Shown in pieces: positions 10,198 through 20,641 of a DNA stretch of 64,000 nt. The position numbers were made by a program, and so were the translations under genes. The stretch covers positions 509,765 to 573,764 of the forward strand of contig JADKDK010000006.1 in NCBI GenBank assembly GCA_016718385.1, given 5' to 3'. This DNA is from Gammaproteobacteria bacterium. Its GTDB lineage: Bacteria; Pseudomonadota; Gammaproteobacteria; Pseudomonadales; UBA5518. How positions within the stretch are numbered: the stretch's first letter is position 1; every line of letters starts with the position of its first letter. The notes beneath the pieces are model-generated. The model saw only the letters and a program-made list of their open reading frames with translations. It was not told the origin of the DNA and did no database searches.

Positions 10198-10259
10198 GTC
10201 GGCATTCATGCCGACTCGTGCCTCGCCAAATGCTGCTGTCGCCATGAATGGCGACCCAC
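10194..10259 (+). repeat. REPIN copy A (two inverted REP hairpins, 66 bp)
   Basis: GTAGGTCGGCATTCATGCCGAC + 22-nt spacer + GTCGCCATGAATGGCGAC-CCAC. Near-identical copies are at 18758-18823 and, inverted, at 62532-62597. Confidence 0.9.
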
Positions 10260-10346
10260 GGAGGGGGGGGGCTGCGCTTTCGCGGGTCTCCGATTGACGT
10301 TATCCTTGGCCCGTCCCCCTGGCCGCAAGAGGCCCCAGAAACCCCT

Positions 10347-11372
10347 TTGAACGACCCGCAGACACTACAGTTCATCCTCGAGCCCAGCGACTCGCGCCGC
10401 CTGGCGCGGTTGTGCGGTCAGTTCGACCAGCACCTTCATCTCATCGAAGAGCGCCTCGGCGTCAGCATCCGCAACCGCGGCAACCACTTCGTGGTGGAGG
10501 GCCCGGAGCAGGCCCGCATTGCCGCGCGCGCGGTGATCATCCATCTCTACGACGAGACCGCCCGCCACCTCGAACTGACCCCGGACCAGGTGCACCTGCG
10601 CCTGCAGCAGTCCGGCGTCGAGGAGCTGACCGCGGCCCACGCCGCCGGCGAGGGCGAAGTCGCCCCGCTGGGCGTCGTGCGCCTGCGCCGCGCGGTCATC
10701 AAGCCGCGCGGCAAGAGCCAGCAGCACTACGTGCGCTCGATCCACCAGCACGACATAAACTTCGGCGTCGGCCCCGCCGGAACCGGCAAGACCTACCTCG
10801 CGGTGGCCTGCGCGGTGGCGGCGCTGGAGAGCGACCAGGTGCGCCGCATCCTGCTGGTGCGCCCGGCGGTCGAGGCCGGCGAGAAGCTCGGCTTCCTGCC
10901 CGGCGACCTCGCGCAGAAGATCGATCCGTATCTGCGCCCGCTCTACGACGCGCTCTACGAGATGCTCGGCTTCGAGACGGTGGGCAAGCTGATCGAGCGC
11001 CACGTCATCGAGGTCTGCCCGCTCGCCTACATGCGCGGACGCACGCTGAACCACGCCTTCGTGATCCTCGACGAGAGCCAGAACACGACGCCGGAGCAGA
11101 TGAAGATGTTCCTGACCCGCATCGGCTTCGGCTCGAAGGCGGTGATCACCGGCGACGTCACGCAGGTCGACCTGCCGCGCGGCACGCAATCGGGCCTGGC
11201 GCAGGTGATGACATTCCTCGAGGGCGTCGAGGGCATCGGCTTCACCTGGTTCACCCCGCGCGACGTGGTGCGCCACCCGCTGGTGCAGCGCATTGTGGAG
11301 GCCTACGAAGTCTTCGAGAAGCGGCTCGCCTCCGAGCCCGCGGCACCGCGCCGCGGTCGCACGCCGCAGTAG
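10347..11372 (+). CDS. ybeZ: PhoH-like ATPase YbeZ
   Basis: ORF 10248..11372 begins inside the REP element. The in-frame TTG at 10347 gives [24 protein letters not shown].., colinear with the E. coli YbeZ N-terminus. Walker A is GPAGTGKT. Confidence 0.85.
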   Translation: MNDPQTLQFILEPSDSRRLARLCGQFDQHLHLIEERLGVSIRNRGNHFVVEGPEQARIAARAVIIHLYDETARHLELTPDQVHLRLQQSGVEELTAAHAAGEGEVAPLGVVRLRRAVIKPRGKSQQHYVRSIHQHDINFGVGPAGTGKTYLAVACAVAALESDQVRRILLVRPAVEAGEKLGFLPGDLAQKIDPYLRPLYDALYEMLGFETVGKLIERHVIEVCPLAYMRGRTLNHAFVILDESQNTTPEQMKMFLTRIGFGSKAVITGDVTQVDLPRGTQSGLAQVMTFLEGVEGIGFTWFTPRDVVRHPLVQRIVEAYEVFEKRLASEPAAPRRGRTPQ

Positions 11373-11848
11373 ATGCCAGGGCGCGTTCACGTGGACGGCG
11401 CATCGACGGATTCCGGAATACCCGGGGCGCCGAGCATGCGCCGCTGGGTGCGCGCGGCGCTCGGCGCCGCGCACGCGGAGGCAGAGATCTCGGTGCGCAT
11501 CGTCGACGAGCCCGAGATGCGCGAACTGAACGCGCGCTACCGCCACAAGGACTACCCCACCAACGTGCTGTCGTTCCCGGCCGGGCTGCCGCCGGGCGTG
11601 GACGTGCCGCTGCTCGGGGACATCGTGGTCTGCGCCCCGGTGGTGAACCGCGAGGCCGCCGAGCAGCACAAGCTGCAGCGCGCGCGCACTGGGCGCACAT
11701 GCTGGTGCATGGCACGCTGCACCTGCTGGGCCACGACCACGAACGCGCGCGCGATGCCGCGGTGATGGAGGCGCTCGAGGTGCGCATCCTCGCCGGCCTG
11801 AAATTCCCCGACCCCTACCAAGAGCATGAACAAGCTGAACGGCCATGA
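11373..11848 (+). pseudogene. ybeY: rRNA maturation endoribonuclease YbeY, frameshifted in a (GC)5 run as sequenced
   Basis: ORF 11373..11765 carries the N-terminal part. The catalytic tail [29 protein letters not shown].. is in the frame of ORF 10412..11848. Length is 476 nt. Confidence 0.9.
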
Positions 11849-12702
11849 GTGACGATCGCAACGCAGACGAGCACGACGAACGGTCGTGGCTCGAGAAAAT
11901 CGCGCAGCTGTTCTCCTCCGACCCGCGCACCCGCAAGGACCTGCTCGATATCCTGGTGATCGCCGAGCAGAACGACGTGATCGACACCGAGACCCACGGC
12001 ATCATGCAGGGGGCGCTGGAGGTCGCGCACCTGCAGGTGCGCGACGTGATGATCCCGCGCCCGCAGATGGTGTGCCTGCACAGCGACGAGTCGCCCGGCG
12101 AAGTGGTGCGCCGCGTGATCGAGTCCGGGCACTCGCGTTACCCGGTGACCGGCGACAGCAGCGACGACGTGCTCGGCATCGTGCTCGCCAAGGACATGCT
12201 GGCGCAGCTGTTCGCCAACGGCCCCGGCAGCATCGACATCGCACAACTGCTGCGCCCGGCCACCTTCATCCCCGAGAGCAAGCGCCTGAACGTGCTGCTG
12301 CGCGAGTTCCGCGAGAACCGCAACCACATCGCGATCGTGATCGACGAGTACGGCGGCGTGGCGGGCCTGGTCACCATCGAGGACGTGCTCGAGGAGATCG
12401 TCGGGGAGATCGAGGACGAGCACGACAAGCAGCAGGACACCTTCATCAAGAAGCTGTCCGAGAACGACTACCTGATCAAGGCGCTGACGCCGATCGAGGA
12501 ATTCAACGAGTACTTCGACGCGAGACTGAGCGACGACGAATTCGACACCATCGGCGGCATCGTGATGCAGACCTTCGGCCACCTGCCGCGGCGCAACGAG
12601 ATCGCCGAGATCGAGGGCTTCCACTTCAAGGTGCTCAACGCCGACAGCCGCCAGATCCACCTGCTGCGGCTGAACCTGGATCCCGGCGCCTCGGGCGGAT
12701 GA
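11845..12702 (+). CDS. corC: Mg/Co efflux-associated CBS-domain protein CorC (YbeX)
   Basis: ORF 11845..12702 with a CBS pair plus a CorC_HlyC C-terminal domain. ATGA overlap with the ybeY stop. Confidence 0.9.
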   Translation: MSDDRNADEHDERSWLEKIAQLFSSDPRTRKDLLDILVIAEQNDVIDTETHGIMQGALEVAHLQVRDVMIPRPQMVCLHSDESPGEVVRRVIESGHSRYPVTGDSSDDVLGIVLAKDMLAQLFANGPGSIDIAQLLRPATFIPESKRLNVLLREFRENRNHIAIVIDEYGGVAGLVTIEDVLEEIVGEIEDEHDKQQDTFIKKLSENDYLIKALTPIEEFNEYFDARLSDDEFDTIGGIVMQTFGHLPRRNEIAEIEGFHFKVLNADSRQIHLLRLNLDPGASGG

Positions 12703-14216
12703 ACTTCCCCGGCCGACTGGCAGGCCCCGGCATCGCGGGCCACGCGGCCGCGCTGCTGGCGGGCGCGCTGCTGCCCGCCGCGCTCGCGCCCTTCGACATC
12801 TGGCCCCTGGCGGTGCTGTGCCCGCTCGCGCTGCTGGCGCTGCTACGCCGTCTCCGCCCGGGCGCCGCGGCACTGCGCGCGTGGAGCTTCGGTGTCGGCA
12901 TGTTCGGCACCGGCGCGTCCTGGGTGTACGTGAGCATTCACCAGTACGGCTCGGCCCCGGTACCGCTGGCCGGCGTGCTGACGCTGCTGTTCTGCCTCGG
13001 CCTGGCGCTGTTCCCCGCGTTCACCTTCTGGGCCTGGGCGCGCTGGCTGCGCGAGCGACCCGGCGGCGTGCTGTTCGGCTTCACCGCGGCCTGGGTGCTG
13101 GGCGAGTGGTGGCGCGGCTGGTTCCTCACCGGCTTCCCGTGGCTCTACGCCGGCTACAGCCAGCTCGAGGCGCCGCTGGCCGGCTGGGCACCGCTCATCG
13201 GCGTGCTCGGGATCGGGCTGATACTCGCCTTCACCGCCGCGGCGCTCTACCTCACCCTCGCGCGCACGCGCGGCGGCCCGGCGGCGCTCGCAGCCAGCGC
13301 GCTGCTCTGGACCGCCGGCCCCCTGCTCGAGCGCATCGACTGGACCGGGCCCACCGGCGAGCCGCTGTCGGTCGCCATGGTGCAGGGCAACATCGCGCAG
13401 GAACTCAAGTGGGAACCCGGGCAGCTGGAGGCGATCCTGGACACCTACGTCGCGATGAGCGAACCGCTGTGGGGCACCGACCTGCTGGTTTGGCCGGAGG
13501 CCGCCGTGCCGGCCTATCTCGACCTGGTCGTGGAGCAACTCGCGCCGCTCGCGGCACGCGCGGTGGACTCGGGCAGCACGCTGCTGCTCGGCATCCCGAC
13601 GCGTGATGCCAACGAATCGAAGCGACGCGGTTTCGACGCCTTCAACAGTATCGCGGTGATCGGCGCCGACTCCGGCCTGTACCACAAGCGCCGCCTGGTG
13701 CCATTCGGGGAGTATGTGCCGCTGGAATCCGTGCTGCGCGGCCTGATCGCCTTCTTCGACCTGCCGATGTCGAGCTTCAGCAGCGGTCCCGCCGAACAGG
13801 CCCCGCTCACGGTGCGCGGGCTGCGCGTGGCGCCCTCGATCTGTTACGAGATCGTCTACCCGGACCTGGTCGGCGCCGGCGCCGCGCAGGCCGAGCTGCT
13901 GCTCACCGTGAGCAACGACACCTGGTTCGGCGCCTCGATAGGCCCCCTGCAGCACCTGCAGATGGCGCGCATGCGCGCGCTCGAGACCGGCCGGCCGCTG
14001 ATCCGCGCCACCAACAACGGCATTTCGGCGCTGATCAACGAACGCGGCAGGGTGCTGGTGCGCGGCGGCCAGTTCACGCAGGAGATCATCCGCGGCGAGG
14101 TGCAGCCCACCAAGGGGCTCACGCCGTTCGCGCGCTGGGGCTCGTGGTGCGCACTGCTGCTGGCCGTGCTGCCGCTGCTGGCGGCGCAGCGCGTGCGTCG
14201 CCCGGCGCGGCGATAG
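12699..14216 (+). CDS. lnt: apolipoprotein N-acyltransferase
   Basis: Second half of ORF 11886..14216, from ATG 12699 (ATGA overlap with corC). Multi-TM N-terminus and a CN-hydrolase domain (..WPEAAVP.., ..HKRRLVPFGEY.., ..ICYE..). Confidence 0.9.
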   Translation: MNFPGRLAGPGIAGHAAALLAGALLPAALAPFDIWPLAVLCPLALLALLRRLRPGAAALRAWSFGVGMFGTGASWVYVSIHQYGSAPVPLAGVLTLLFCLGLALFPAFTFWAWARWLRERPGGVLFGFTAAWVLGEWWRGWFLTGFPWLYAGYSQLEAPLAGWAPLIGVLGIGLILAFTAAALYLTLARTRGGPAALAASALLWTAGPLLERIDWTGPTGEPLSVAMVQGNIAQELKWEPGQLEAILDTYVAMSEPLWGTDLLVWPEAAVPAYLDLVVEQLAPLAARAVDSGSTLLLGIPTRDANESKRRGFDAFNSIAVIGADSGLYHKRRLVPFGEYVPLESVLRGLIAFFDLPMSSFSSGPAEQAPLTVRGLRVAPSICYEIVYPDLVGAGAAQAELLLTVSNDTWFGASIGPLQHLQMARMRALETGRPLIRATNNGISALINERGRVLVRGGQFTQEIIRGEVQPTKGLTPFARWGSWCALLLAVLPLLAAQRVRRPARR

Positions 14217-14225
14217 CGCCCCGGT

Positions 14226-14612
14226 TCAGACTGCCGGCGCATCCCACGGCAGCGGCAACGCCGTTCCATCCGCGTTATTCACCCGCACCGGCGCCATGCC
14301 GAGCGCGGCGACCAGGCGCATCTCCTCGTCCGAAGTGTTCACTATCTGGTGCACCACGTCGGGCGCGAGGATCAGCGTCGAGTTGGGGCCGAAGGAATGC
14401 GTCTGCCCACCCACCATGCATTCGCCGTGGCCCGACAGCACCAGGATCACTTCCTCGCAAGCGTGACGGTGCACCGGCGTCGCGGCGCCGGGGGCCATCG
14501 TCTGCGACCAGACCTCCATCGTCGTCACGCCCTGCCTGTGGCCGGCGATCGTCTGGTGGCGCAGCCCCGGCAGCTCCAGGATGTCCAGTTCGTTGTTGTC
14601 GATTACCGGCAT
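14226..14612 (-). CDS. cupin-domain protein
   Basis: ORF 14226..14675. The internal ATG 14612 is preceded by GGGAGG. Cupin_2 motif: ..GAATPVHRHACEEVILVLSGHG... Confidence 0.7.
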   Translation of the reverse strand: MPVIDNNELDILELPGLRHQTIAGHRQGVTTMEVWSQTMAPGAATPVHRHACEEVILVLSGHGECMVGGQTHSFGPNSTLILAPDVVHQIVNTSDEEMRLVAALGMAPVRVNNADGTALPLPWDAPAV

Positions 14613-14757
14613 GTCGCCTCCCTGGTGATTGTGCAGGCGGAGCGAATCCTTACCCACGGGACAGCGGGTGTGCAACCCTGCGGCCTCCCCGTGCTGGCCC
14701 GCGCCGAGCCCCGTGCGCTATCCTGTGCGCCTTTTTGCCGCCAGACCCGCCCAGACC

Positions 14758-17226
14758 ATGGAAGAACTCGACGACGCCGAACGCACCGAGGCCGCTGCGC
14801 AGGCCTTCTGGGAGCACAATCGCAGCTTCGTCGTCACCGAAGACCCCGCGCGCGAGAAGTTCTACTGCCTGTCGATGTTCCCGTACCCGAGCGGACGCCT
14901 GCACATGGGGCACGTGCGCAACTACACGCTGGGCGACGTGATCGCGCGTTTCCACCGCATGCAGGGGCGCAACGTGCTGCAGCCGATGGGCTGGGACGCC
15001 TTCGGCCTGCCGGCCGAGAACGCCGCGATCCAGAACAACACCGCGCCGGCGCGCTGGACCTGGGCCAACATCGACTACATGCGCGGGCAGCTGCAGCGTC
15101 TCGGCTTCGCCTACGACTGGAGCCGCGAGCTCGCCACCTGCCAACCCGCGTATTACCGCTGGGAGCAGTGGTTCTTCACGCGTCTCTACGAGAAGGGCCT
15201 AGCGTACAAGAAGGTCTCGGCGGTGAACTGGTGCCCGAAGGACGCCACCGTGCTCGCCAACGAGCAGGTGATCGAGGGCTGCTGCTGGCGCTGCGACACG
15301 CCGGTCGAGCGGCGCGAGATCCCGCAGTGGTTCATCCGCATCACGGATTACGCCGAGGAACTGCTGAACGACCTCGACCAGCTCGAGCACTGGCCCGAGC
15401 AGGTCAAGACGATGCAGCGCAACTGGATCGGCAAGAGCCGCGGCATCGAGATGAGCTTCCCCCTGGCCGCGCCGCTGGCGGGCATCACCGAGGTGCCGAT
15501 CTACACCACGCGCCCCGACACGCTGCTCGGCGTGACCTGTCTCGCGATCGCCGGCGAGCACCCGCTGGCCAAGGCGCTGGCCGAAGGCCGCCCGGAGCTC
15601 GCGGACTTCATCGCCGAGTGCCGGCGCAGTTCCGTTGCCGAGGCCGACATGGCCACGATGGCGAAAAAAGGCCTGGATACCGGCCTGAAGGCGATACACC
15701 CGCTCAGCGGGCGCGAGCTGCCGATCTGGGTCGCGAACTTCGTGCTGATGGAATACGGCACCGGCGCGGTGATGAGCGTGCCGGGACACGACCAGCGCGA
15801 CTGGGAGTTCGCGCGCGCCTACGGCCTGCCGATCGAGCAGGTGATCGCGCCGCTGGATCCGGCCACGCCCTGCGACCTCGCGACGGCCGCGTTCACCGAG
15901 AAGGGACGGCTGCTCAATTCCGGCGAGTTCGACGGGCTCGGGTTCGAGCAGGCCTTCGATGCGATCGCCGCGCGCCTGGCCGCGAACGGCAAGGGCCGCG
16001 TGACGCTGAACTACCGCCTGCGCGACTGGGGCGTCTCGCGCCAGCGCTACTGGGGCGCGCCGATCCCGATGCTCTATCTCGCCGACGGCGGCGAGATCCC
16101 GGTACCGGCGGACCGCCTGCCGGTGCTGCTGCCCGAGGACGTGGAGATGAGCGGCGTGCAGTCGCCGCTCAAGGCCGATCCGGCGTGGCGCAGGACCACG
16201 CTGGCCGGCCAGGACGTGGAGCACGAGACCGACACCTTCGACACCTTCATGGAGTCGTCGTGGTACTACGCGCGCTTCACCTGCCCCGACCTCGAGACCG
16301 CGATGCTCGACCCCGCGCGCGCCAACTACTGGTTGCCGGTGGACCAGTACATCGGCGGCATCGAGCACGCGATCCTGCACCTGCTGTACTCGCGCTTCTT
16401 CCACAAGCTGATGCGTGACGAGGGCCTGGTGGCGAGCGACGAGCCGTTCACGCGGCTGTTGTGCCAGGGCATGGTGCTGAAGGACGGCGCCAAGATGTCC
16501 AAGTCCAAGGGCAACACCGTCGACCCCGAGGCGCTGATCGCGCGCTACGGCGCCGACACCGTGCGGCTGTTCATGATGTTCGCCGCGCCGCCCGAGCAGA
16601 CACTGGAGTGGTCCGACGAGGGCGTGGCCGGTGCCAGCCGCTTCCTCAAGCGGCTGTGGAAGGCCGTTCACGCGCACCTGGCCGAGGGCAAGGTGCCGGG
16701 CGGCATCGATGTCGCCGCACTCGACGACGAGCAGCGCGCACTGCGCTGCAAGACCCACGAGACCATCGCGAAGGTCAGCGACGACTACGGCCGCCGCCAG
16801 ACCTTCAACACCGCCATCGCGGCCGTGATGGAACTGCTCAACGAGATCGGCAGGCGCGGCGACCGCAGCTCGCCGGCGGGGCTCGCGGTGGAGCGCGAGG
16901 CGCTCGAAGCGGCGGTGCTGCTGCTGGCGCCGGTGGTGCCGCACGCCGCGCACGCGCTGTGGCGCGCGCTGGGCCACGACACGCCGGTGATCGACACACC
17001 GTGGCCGCGCGCCGACGCGTCGGCGATGCAGCGCAGCCACATCGAGCTGGTGGTCCAGGTGAACGGCAAGCTGCGCGGGCGCGTGAGCGCGCCGGCTGAC
17101 GCCGCGCGCGAGGAGCTCGAACGCCTGGCGCTCGCCGACGAGCACGTGCAGCGCTTCGTCGACGGCAAGCCGGTGCGCAAGATCATCGTGGTGCCGGGCA
17201 AGCTCGTGAACGTCGTGCTCGGGTAG
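14758..17226 (+). CDS. leuS: leucine--tRNA ligase
   Basis: ORF 14629..17226, real start MEELDDAE.. at 14758. HMGH and KMSKS motifs are present. Confidence 0.95.
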   Translation: MEELDDAERTEAAAQAFWEHNRSFVVTEDPAREKFYCLSMFPYPSGRLHMGHVRNYTLGDVIARFHRMQGRNVLQPMGWDAFGLPAENAAIQNNTAPARWTWANIDYMRGQLQRLGFAYDWSRELATCQPAYYRWEQWFFTRLYEKGLAYKKVSAVNWCPKDATVLANEQVIEGCCWRCDTPVERREIPQWFIRITDYAEELLNDLDQLEHWPEQVKTMQRNWIGKSRGIEMSFPLAAPLAGITEVPIYTTRPDTLLGVTCLAIAGEHPLAKALAEGRPELADFIAECRRSSVAEADMATMAKKGLDTGLKAIHPLSGRELPIWVANFVLMEYGTGAVMSVPGHDQRDWEFARAYGLPIEQVIAPLDPATPCDLATAAFTEKGRLLNSGEFDGLGFEQAFDAIAARLAANGKGRVTLNYRLRDWGVSRQRYWGAPIPMLYLADGGEIPVPADRLPVLLPEDVEMSGVQSPLKADPAWRRTTLAGQDVEHETDTFDTFMESSWYYARFTCPDLETAMLDPARANYWLPVDQYIGGIEHAILHLLYSRFFHKLMRDEGLVASDEPFTRLLCQGMVLKDGAKMSKSKGNTVDPEALIARYGADTVRLFMMFAAPPEQTLEWSDEGVAGASRFLKRLWKAVHAHLAEGKVPGGIDVAALDDEQRALRCKTHETIAKVSDDYGRRQTFNTAIAAVMELLNEIGRRGDRSSPAGLAVEREALEAAVLLLAPVVPHAAHALWRALGHDTPVIDTPWPRADASAMQRSHIELVVQVNGKLRGRVSAPADAAREELERLALADEHVQRFVDGKPVRKIIVVPGKLVNVVLG

Positions 17227-17232
17227 GCCGCC

Positions 17233-17745
17233 ATGCGCAACACACTGCTCCGTAGCGTCTCGCTCGCCCTGATCACCGTCCTGACCCTGGCTGGCTGCGG
17301 CTGGCATCCGCGCGGCTCCCAGGAAGTCCCGCTGCAACTGCGCCAGTTGCGCCTCGTGTCGGAGCAGCCCAACGCCGCGCTCACCCTGAAGCTGCGCCGC
17401 GCGCTGCAGGGCGCCGGCGTCGAGCTCGTCGACGTCGCCGGCACCGGACCGTCGCTGCACATCGGCACGGAGCAGCGCGTGTCGCGCAAGGTCTCGCTCG
17501 ACCGCGACGCGCGCAGTGCCGAGCAGGAGATGCGCGTCTCGGTGGCCTTCGATCTGCGCAACGCCGACGGCGAGGTGGTGTTCGGCCCGCGCACCGCCAG
17601 CGCGAGCCGCATCTACGCCTTCGACCCCAACAGCATCATCGCCAAGCAGGACGAGGAGAACCTCATCTACCAGGAGTTGCTGGACAACGTCGTGGGCCAG
17701 GTCTTCCGCCAATTGCGCCGCGCGCAAGCCGGCCTGGCGCCCTAG
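17233..17745 (+). CDS. lptE: LPS-assembly lipoprotein LptE
   Basis: ORF 17233..17745. It has a lipobox (LTLAGC) and the conserved position between leuS and holA. Confidence 0.85.
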   Translation: MRNTLLRSVSLALITVLTLAGCGWHPRGSQEVPLQLRQLRLVSEQPNAALTLKLRRALQGAGVELVDVAGTGPSLHIGTEQRVSRKVSLDRDARSAEQEMRVSVAFDLRNADGEVVFGPRTASASRIYAFDPNSIIAKQDEENLIYQELLDNVVGQVFRQLRRAQAGLAP

Positions 17746-17753
17746 GCACCACC

Positions 17754-18761
17754 GTGCGTATCCGCGCCGAGGATTTCCCCGCAAGACTCGAGGCGCGGCT
17801 GTTTCCGTTCTACCTGATCTTCGGCGACGAGCCGCTGCTGGTGCAGGAATGCGCCGATGCGCTGCGCTCGACCTGCCGCGACGGCGGCATCGGGGAGCGG
17901 CAGGTGTTCGACGTGGACGCCGGCTTCGACTGGAACCGCCTGGGCGCGGAGTGCAGCGGTCTGTCGCTGTTCGGCGACCGCAAGCTGATCGAGGTGCGCC
18001 TCGCCGGCGCCAAGCTGGGCGCCGAGGGCAGCGCGATGCTGCGCGAGCTCGCGGCGCAGCCGGCATCCGACAACGTGGTGCTGGTGCTCGGCGGCAAGCT
18101 CGACCGCGACGTGGAGAAATCCGCGTGGTTCCGCGCCCTCGACGAGGCCGGCGCCACGGTCAGGGCCTGGCCGCTCAGGCGCAACGAGCTGCCGGGCTGG
18201 ATCGGCCAGCGCCTGCGCGCCGCCGGTTTCAAGCCCAGCCCCGACGCGCTGGCGCTGCTGGCCGAGCGCGTCGAGGGCAACCTGCTCGCCGCGCGCCAGG
18301 AGATCGACAAGCTCGCGCTGCTGGCGGAGCCTGGCCCGCTGGACGCCGCCACGCTGGCGGCGCTGGTGAACGACTCCGCGCGCTACTCGGTCTACGATCT
18401 CTGCGACCGCGCGCTCGAGGGCGATCGCGCCGCCGCGGTGCGCACGCTCACGGGATTGCGCGCCGAGGGCACCGAGGCGACCATCGTGCTGTGGGCGCTC
18501 GCCGAGGAGTTCCGTCGCCTGCTGCGCATCGGGCGCCGCCGCGCCAGCGGGGAAGGCAGCGAGCAGGCCATGAGAGCCGAGCGCGGCAAACCCTACAGCG
18601 AGGCCGCGTTCCGTCGCCTCGGGCATCAGGGCCTGCAGCAACTGCTGCGACTGGCCGCCGAGGTGGATCGCTGCATCAAGGGACTGGACAAGCGCGATGC
18701 CTGGGACGCGCTGCTGGAGCTGGTGGTGCGCGCAGGCCGTCCCGCCAACCCCCGCCCGTAG
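17754..18761 (+). CDS. holA: DNA polymerase III subunit delta
   Basis: ORF 17754..18761. YLIFGDEPLLVQE.. N-terminus, in leuS-lptE-holA synteny. Confidence 0.9.
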   Translation: MRIRAEDFPARLEARLFPFYLIFGDEPLLVQECADALRSTCRDGGIGERQVFDVDAGFDWNRLGAECSGLSLFGDRKLIEVRLAGAKLGAEGSAMLRELAAQPASDNVVLVLGGKLDRDVEKSAWFRALDEAGATVRAWPLRRNELPGWIGQRLRAAGFKPSPDALALLAERVEGNLLAARQEIDKLALLAEPGPLDAATLAALVNDSARYSVYDLCDRALEGDRAAAVRTLTGLRAEGTEATIVLWALAEEFRRLLRIGRRRASGEGSEQAMRAERGKPYSEAAFRRLGHQGLQQLLRLAAEVDRCIKGLDKRDAWDALLELVVRAGRPANPRP

Positions 18762-18823
18762 GTCGGCATTCATGCCGACTGGTGCCTGGCCGGGTGCTGC
18801 TGTCGCCATGAATGGCGACCTAC
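18758..18823 (+). repeat. REPIN copy B (two inverted REP hairpins, 66 bp)
   Basis: GTAGGTCGGCATTCATGCCGAC + TGGTGCCTGGCCGGGTGCTGCT + GTCGCCATGAATGGCGACCTAC. Both flanking stop codons lie in its GTAG heads. Confidence 0.9.
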
Positions 18824-19506
18824 GGCGCCTGCCGCAAATCCTGCGTGATCGTCCCGGCTGCCGCGATATCCGCTTCGTGCGGCTCGTCACGCCAGGGTTC
18901 GGCGAGCGCGGCAGCGTACCAGTCGCGCATCGCCGGCAGCGCGAGCAGCCGCGCAGCGCGAGGCCGCCGCGGGCTGCGCGAGCGGCAGGCCATAGGTCTG
19001 CACGCGAAACGCCACCGGCGCGTAGAACGCGTCCACCGCGCCGAAGGCCGCTCCCGCCAGGAAGGGTCCGCCGAAACGGGCCAGGCCTTCGGCCCACAAG
19101 GCCTCGAGACGCGCGAGGTCGGCGCGCAGGTCCGCGGGGAGTTCATTCAACCGCACGCGCTGCCCGCAGCTCATGCTCGCGCGCTGGCGCAGCGCACCGA
19201 AGCCCGAATGCATCTCGGCGGCGGCCGAGCGCGCCCAGCGCGGGCGCGCGCATCGGACGGCCAGACTCCGGCATGGCGTTCGGCGAGGTATTCCGCGATC
19301 GCCAGCGAATCCCACACCACCGTTGCACCGTCATGCAGGCAGGGCACCTTGCCCGTGGGCGAGAACGCGCGGAAACGCTCGAGGTTCGAACCCGGCGCGA
19401 AGGGGAACAGGCGCTCGTCGAAGGCGATACCGAGTTCGCGCATCAGCACCCACGGGCGCAGCGACCACGACGAATAGTTCTTGTTGGCGATATAGAGCGC
19501 GTACTT
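18820..19506 (-). pseudogene. glutathione S-transferase, at least two frameshifts and no obvious start codon as sequenced
   Basis: Three overlapping minus-strand ORFs carry consecutive GST segments. ORF 19171..19449: ..YIANKNYSSWSLRPWVLMRELGIAFDE..IAEYLAERH. ORF 18887..19315: ..AAEMHSGF..LWAEGLARFGGPFLAG... ORF 18820..19146: ..LLALPAMRDWYAAALAEPW... Confidence 0.8.
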
Positions 19507-19624
19507 GGGGACTCCTCTCCCGGCGACCCGTCTACCCCAGGGCCCGCGCGGGAACCGCGCCGGATTACCTTCATCGAGTCCAAGCCGGTCGGGGAATCGA
19601 TGAATCCCGGCCCACGCTGCGGAA

Positions 19625-20608
19625 TCAGGATTTCAGGAGGCCGAGGTCCACCTGCTTGTCGGCGTGATAGGACGAGCGCACCAGCGGCGCGCTCGCCACG
19701 CTGCGAAAGCCCAGCGATTCGGCGATGCCCCCGAGTTCCTCGAACTCCGCCGGCGGCACGAAGCGGTCGACCGGCAGATGGTTGCGGCTGGGCTGCAGGT
19801 ACTGCCCGAGCGTCAGCATGTCGACGTCGTGGGCACGCAGGTCGCGCATCACCTCGACCACTTCCTCGTTGGTCTCCCCGAGACCGAGCATCAGTCCGGA
19901 CTTCGTGAGTACCTCGGGGCAACGCTGTTTGTACTGCCCCAACAGGTCCAGCGACCAGGCGTAATCCGAGCCGGGACGCGACTGCAGGTACAGCCGCGGC
20001 ACGGTCTCGAGATTGTGGTTGAACACATCCGGCGGCTCGCGCTCGAGGATGCCGAGCGCAACGTCCATGCGGCCGCGGAAATCGGGCACCAGCACCTCGA
20101 CGCGGATGCCGGGGTTCAGGGCGCGCGTCTCGCGGATGCAGGCGGCGAAATGCGCTGCTCCGCCGTCGTGCAGGTCGTCGCGGTCGACGGAGGTCACGAC
20201 CACGTAGCGCAGCTTCATTTCCGCGATCGCCTCGGCCAGCCCGCGCGGCTCCCCGGCATCGAGCGGGTTCGGACGCCCGTGGGCGACGTCACAGAACGGG
20301 CAGCGTCGCGTGCAGATCTCGCCCATGATCATGAAGGTCGCGGTGCCAGCGCTGAAGCATTCCCCCAGGTTCGGGCAGGCCGCCTCCTCGCAGACCGAGG
20401 CGAGCTTGTGGCGGCGCAGTATCTCCTTGATGCGCGTGACCTCTGGCGAGGCCGGCACGCGCACGCGGATCCAGTCCGGCTTGCGCGGCAGCTCGACGGT
20501 GGGAATGACCTTCACCGGGATACGCGCGACCTTCTCGGCGCCGCGCAGCTTCTCGCCCTGCACCACCTTGCGCGGCGCGGGGCGCGAGGGAGTCGATTGT
20601 TCTGTCAC
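19625..20608 (-). CDS. lipA: lipoyl synthase
   Basis: ORF 19625..20608. [12 protein letters not shown] and radical-SAM CTRRCPFC motifs. Confidence 0.95.
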   Translation of the reverse strand: MTEQSTPSRPAPRKVVQGEKLRGAEKVARIPVKVIPTVELPRKPDWIRVRVPASPEVTRIKEILRRHKLASVCEEAACPNLGECFSAGTATFMIMGEICTRRCPFCDVAHGRPNPLDAGEPRGLAEAIAEMKLRYVVVTSVDRDDLHDGGAAHFAACIRETRALNPGIRVEVLVPDFRGRMDVALGILEREPPDVFNHNLETVPRLYLQSRPGSDYAWSLDLLGQYKQRCPEVLTKSGLMLGLGETNEEVVEVMRDLRAHDVDMLTLGQYLQPSRNHLPVDRFVPPAEFEELGGIAESLGFRSVASAPLVRSSYHADKQVDLGLLKS

Positions 20609-20641
20609 GGTTGTGCCCCCACGGCTCTACAAGGAACAGGC

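Noticed and set aside
19381-19400. tRNA-like T-loop sequence GGTTCGAACCC.
   Set aside because: It lies inside the GST coding frame (..FAPGSNLERF.. on the minus strand). No acceptor, D or anticodon arms could be drawn around it.
19586-19614. GTCGGGGAATCGATGAATCCCGGCCCAC downstream of lipA as a REP.
   Set aside because: It shares the ATGAAT loop and CCCAC tail with the REP family, but the stem is interrupted. It is too degenerate to call.
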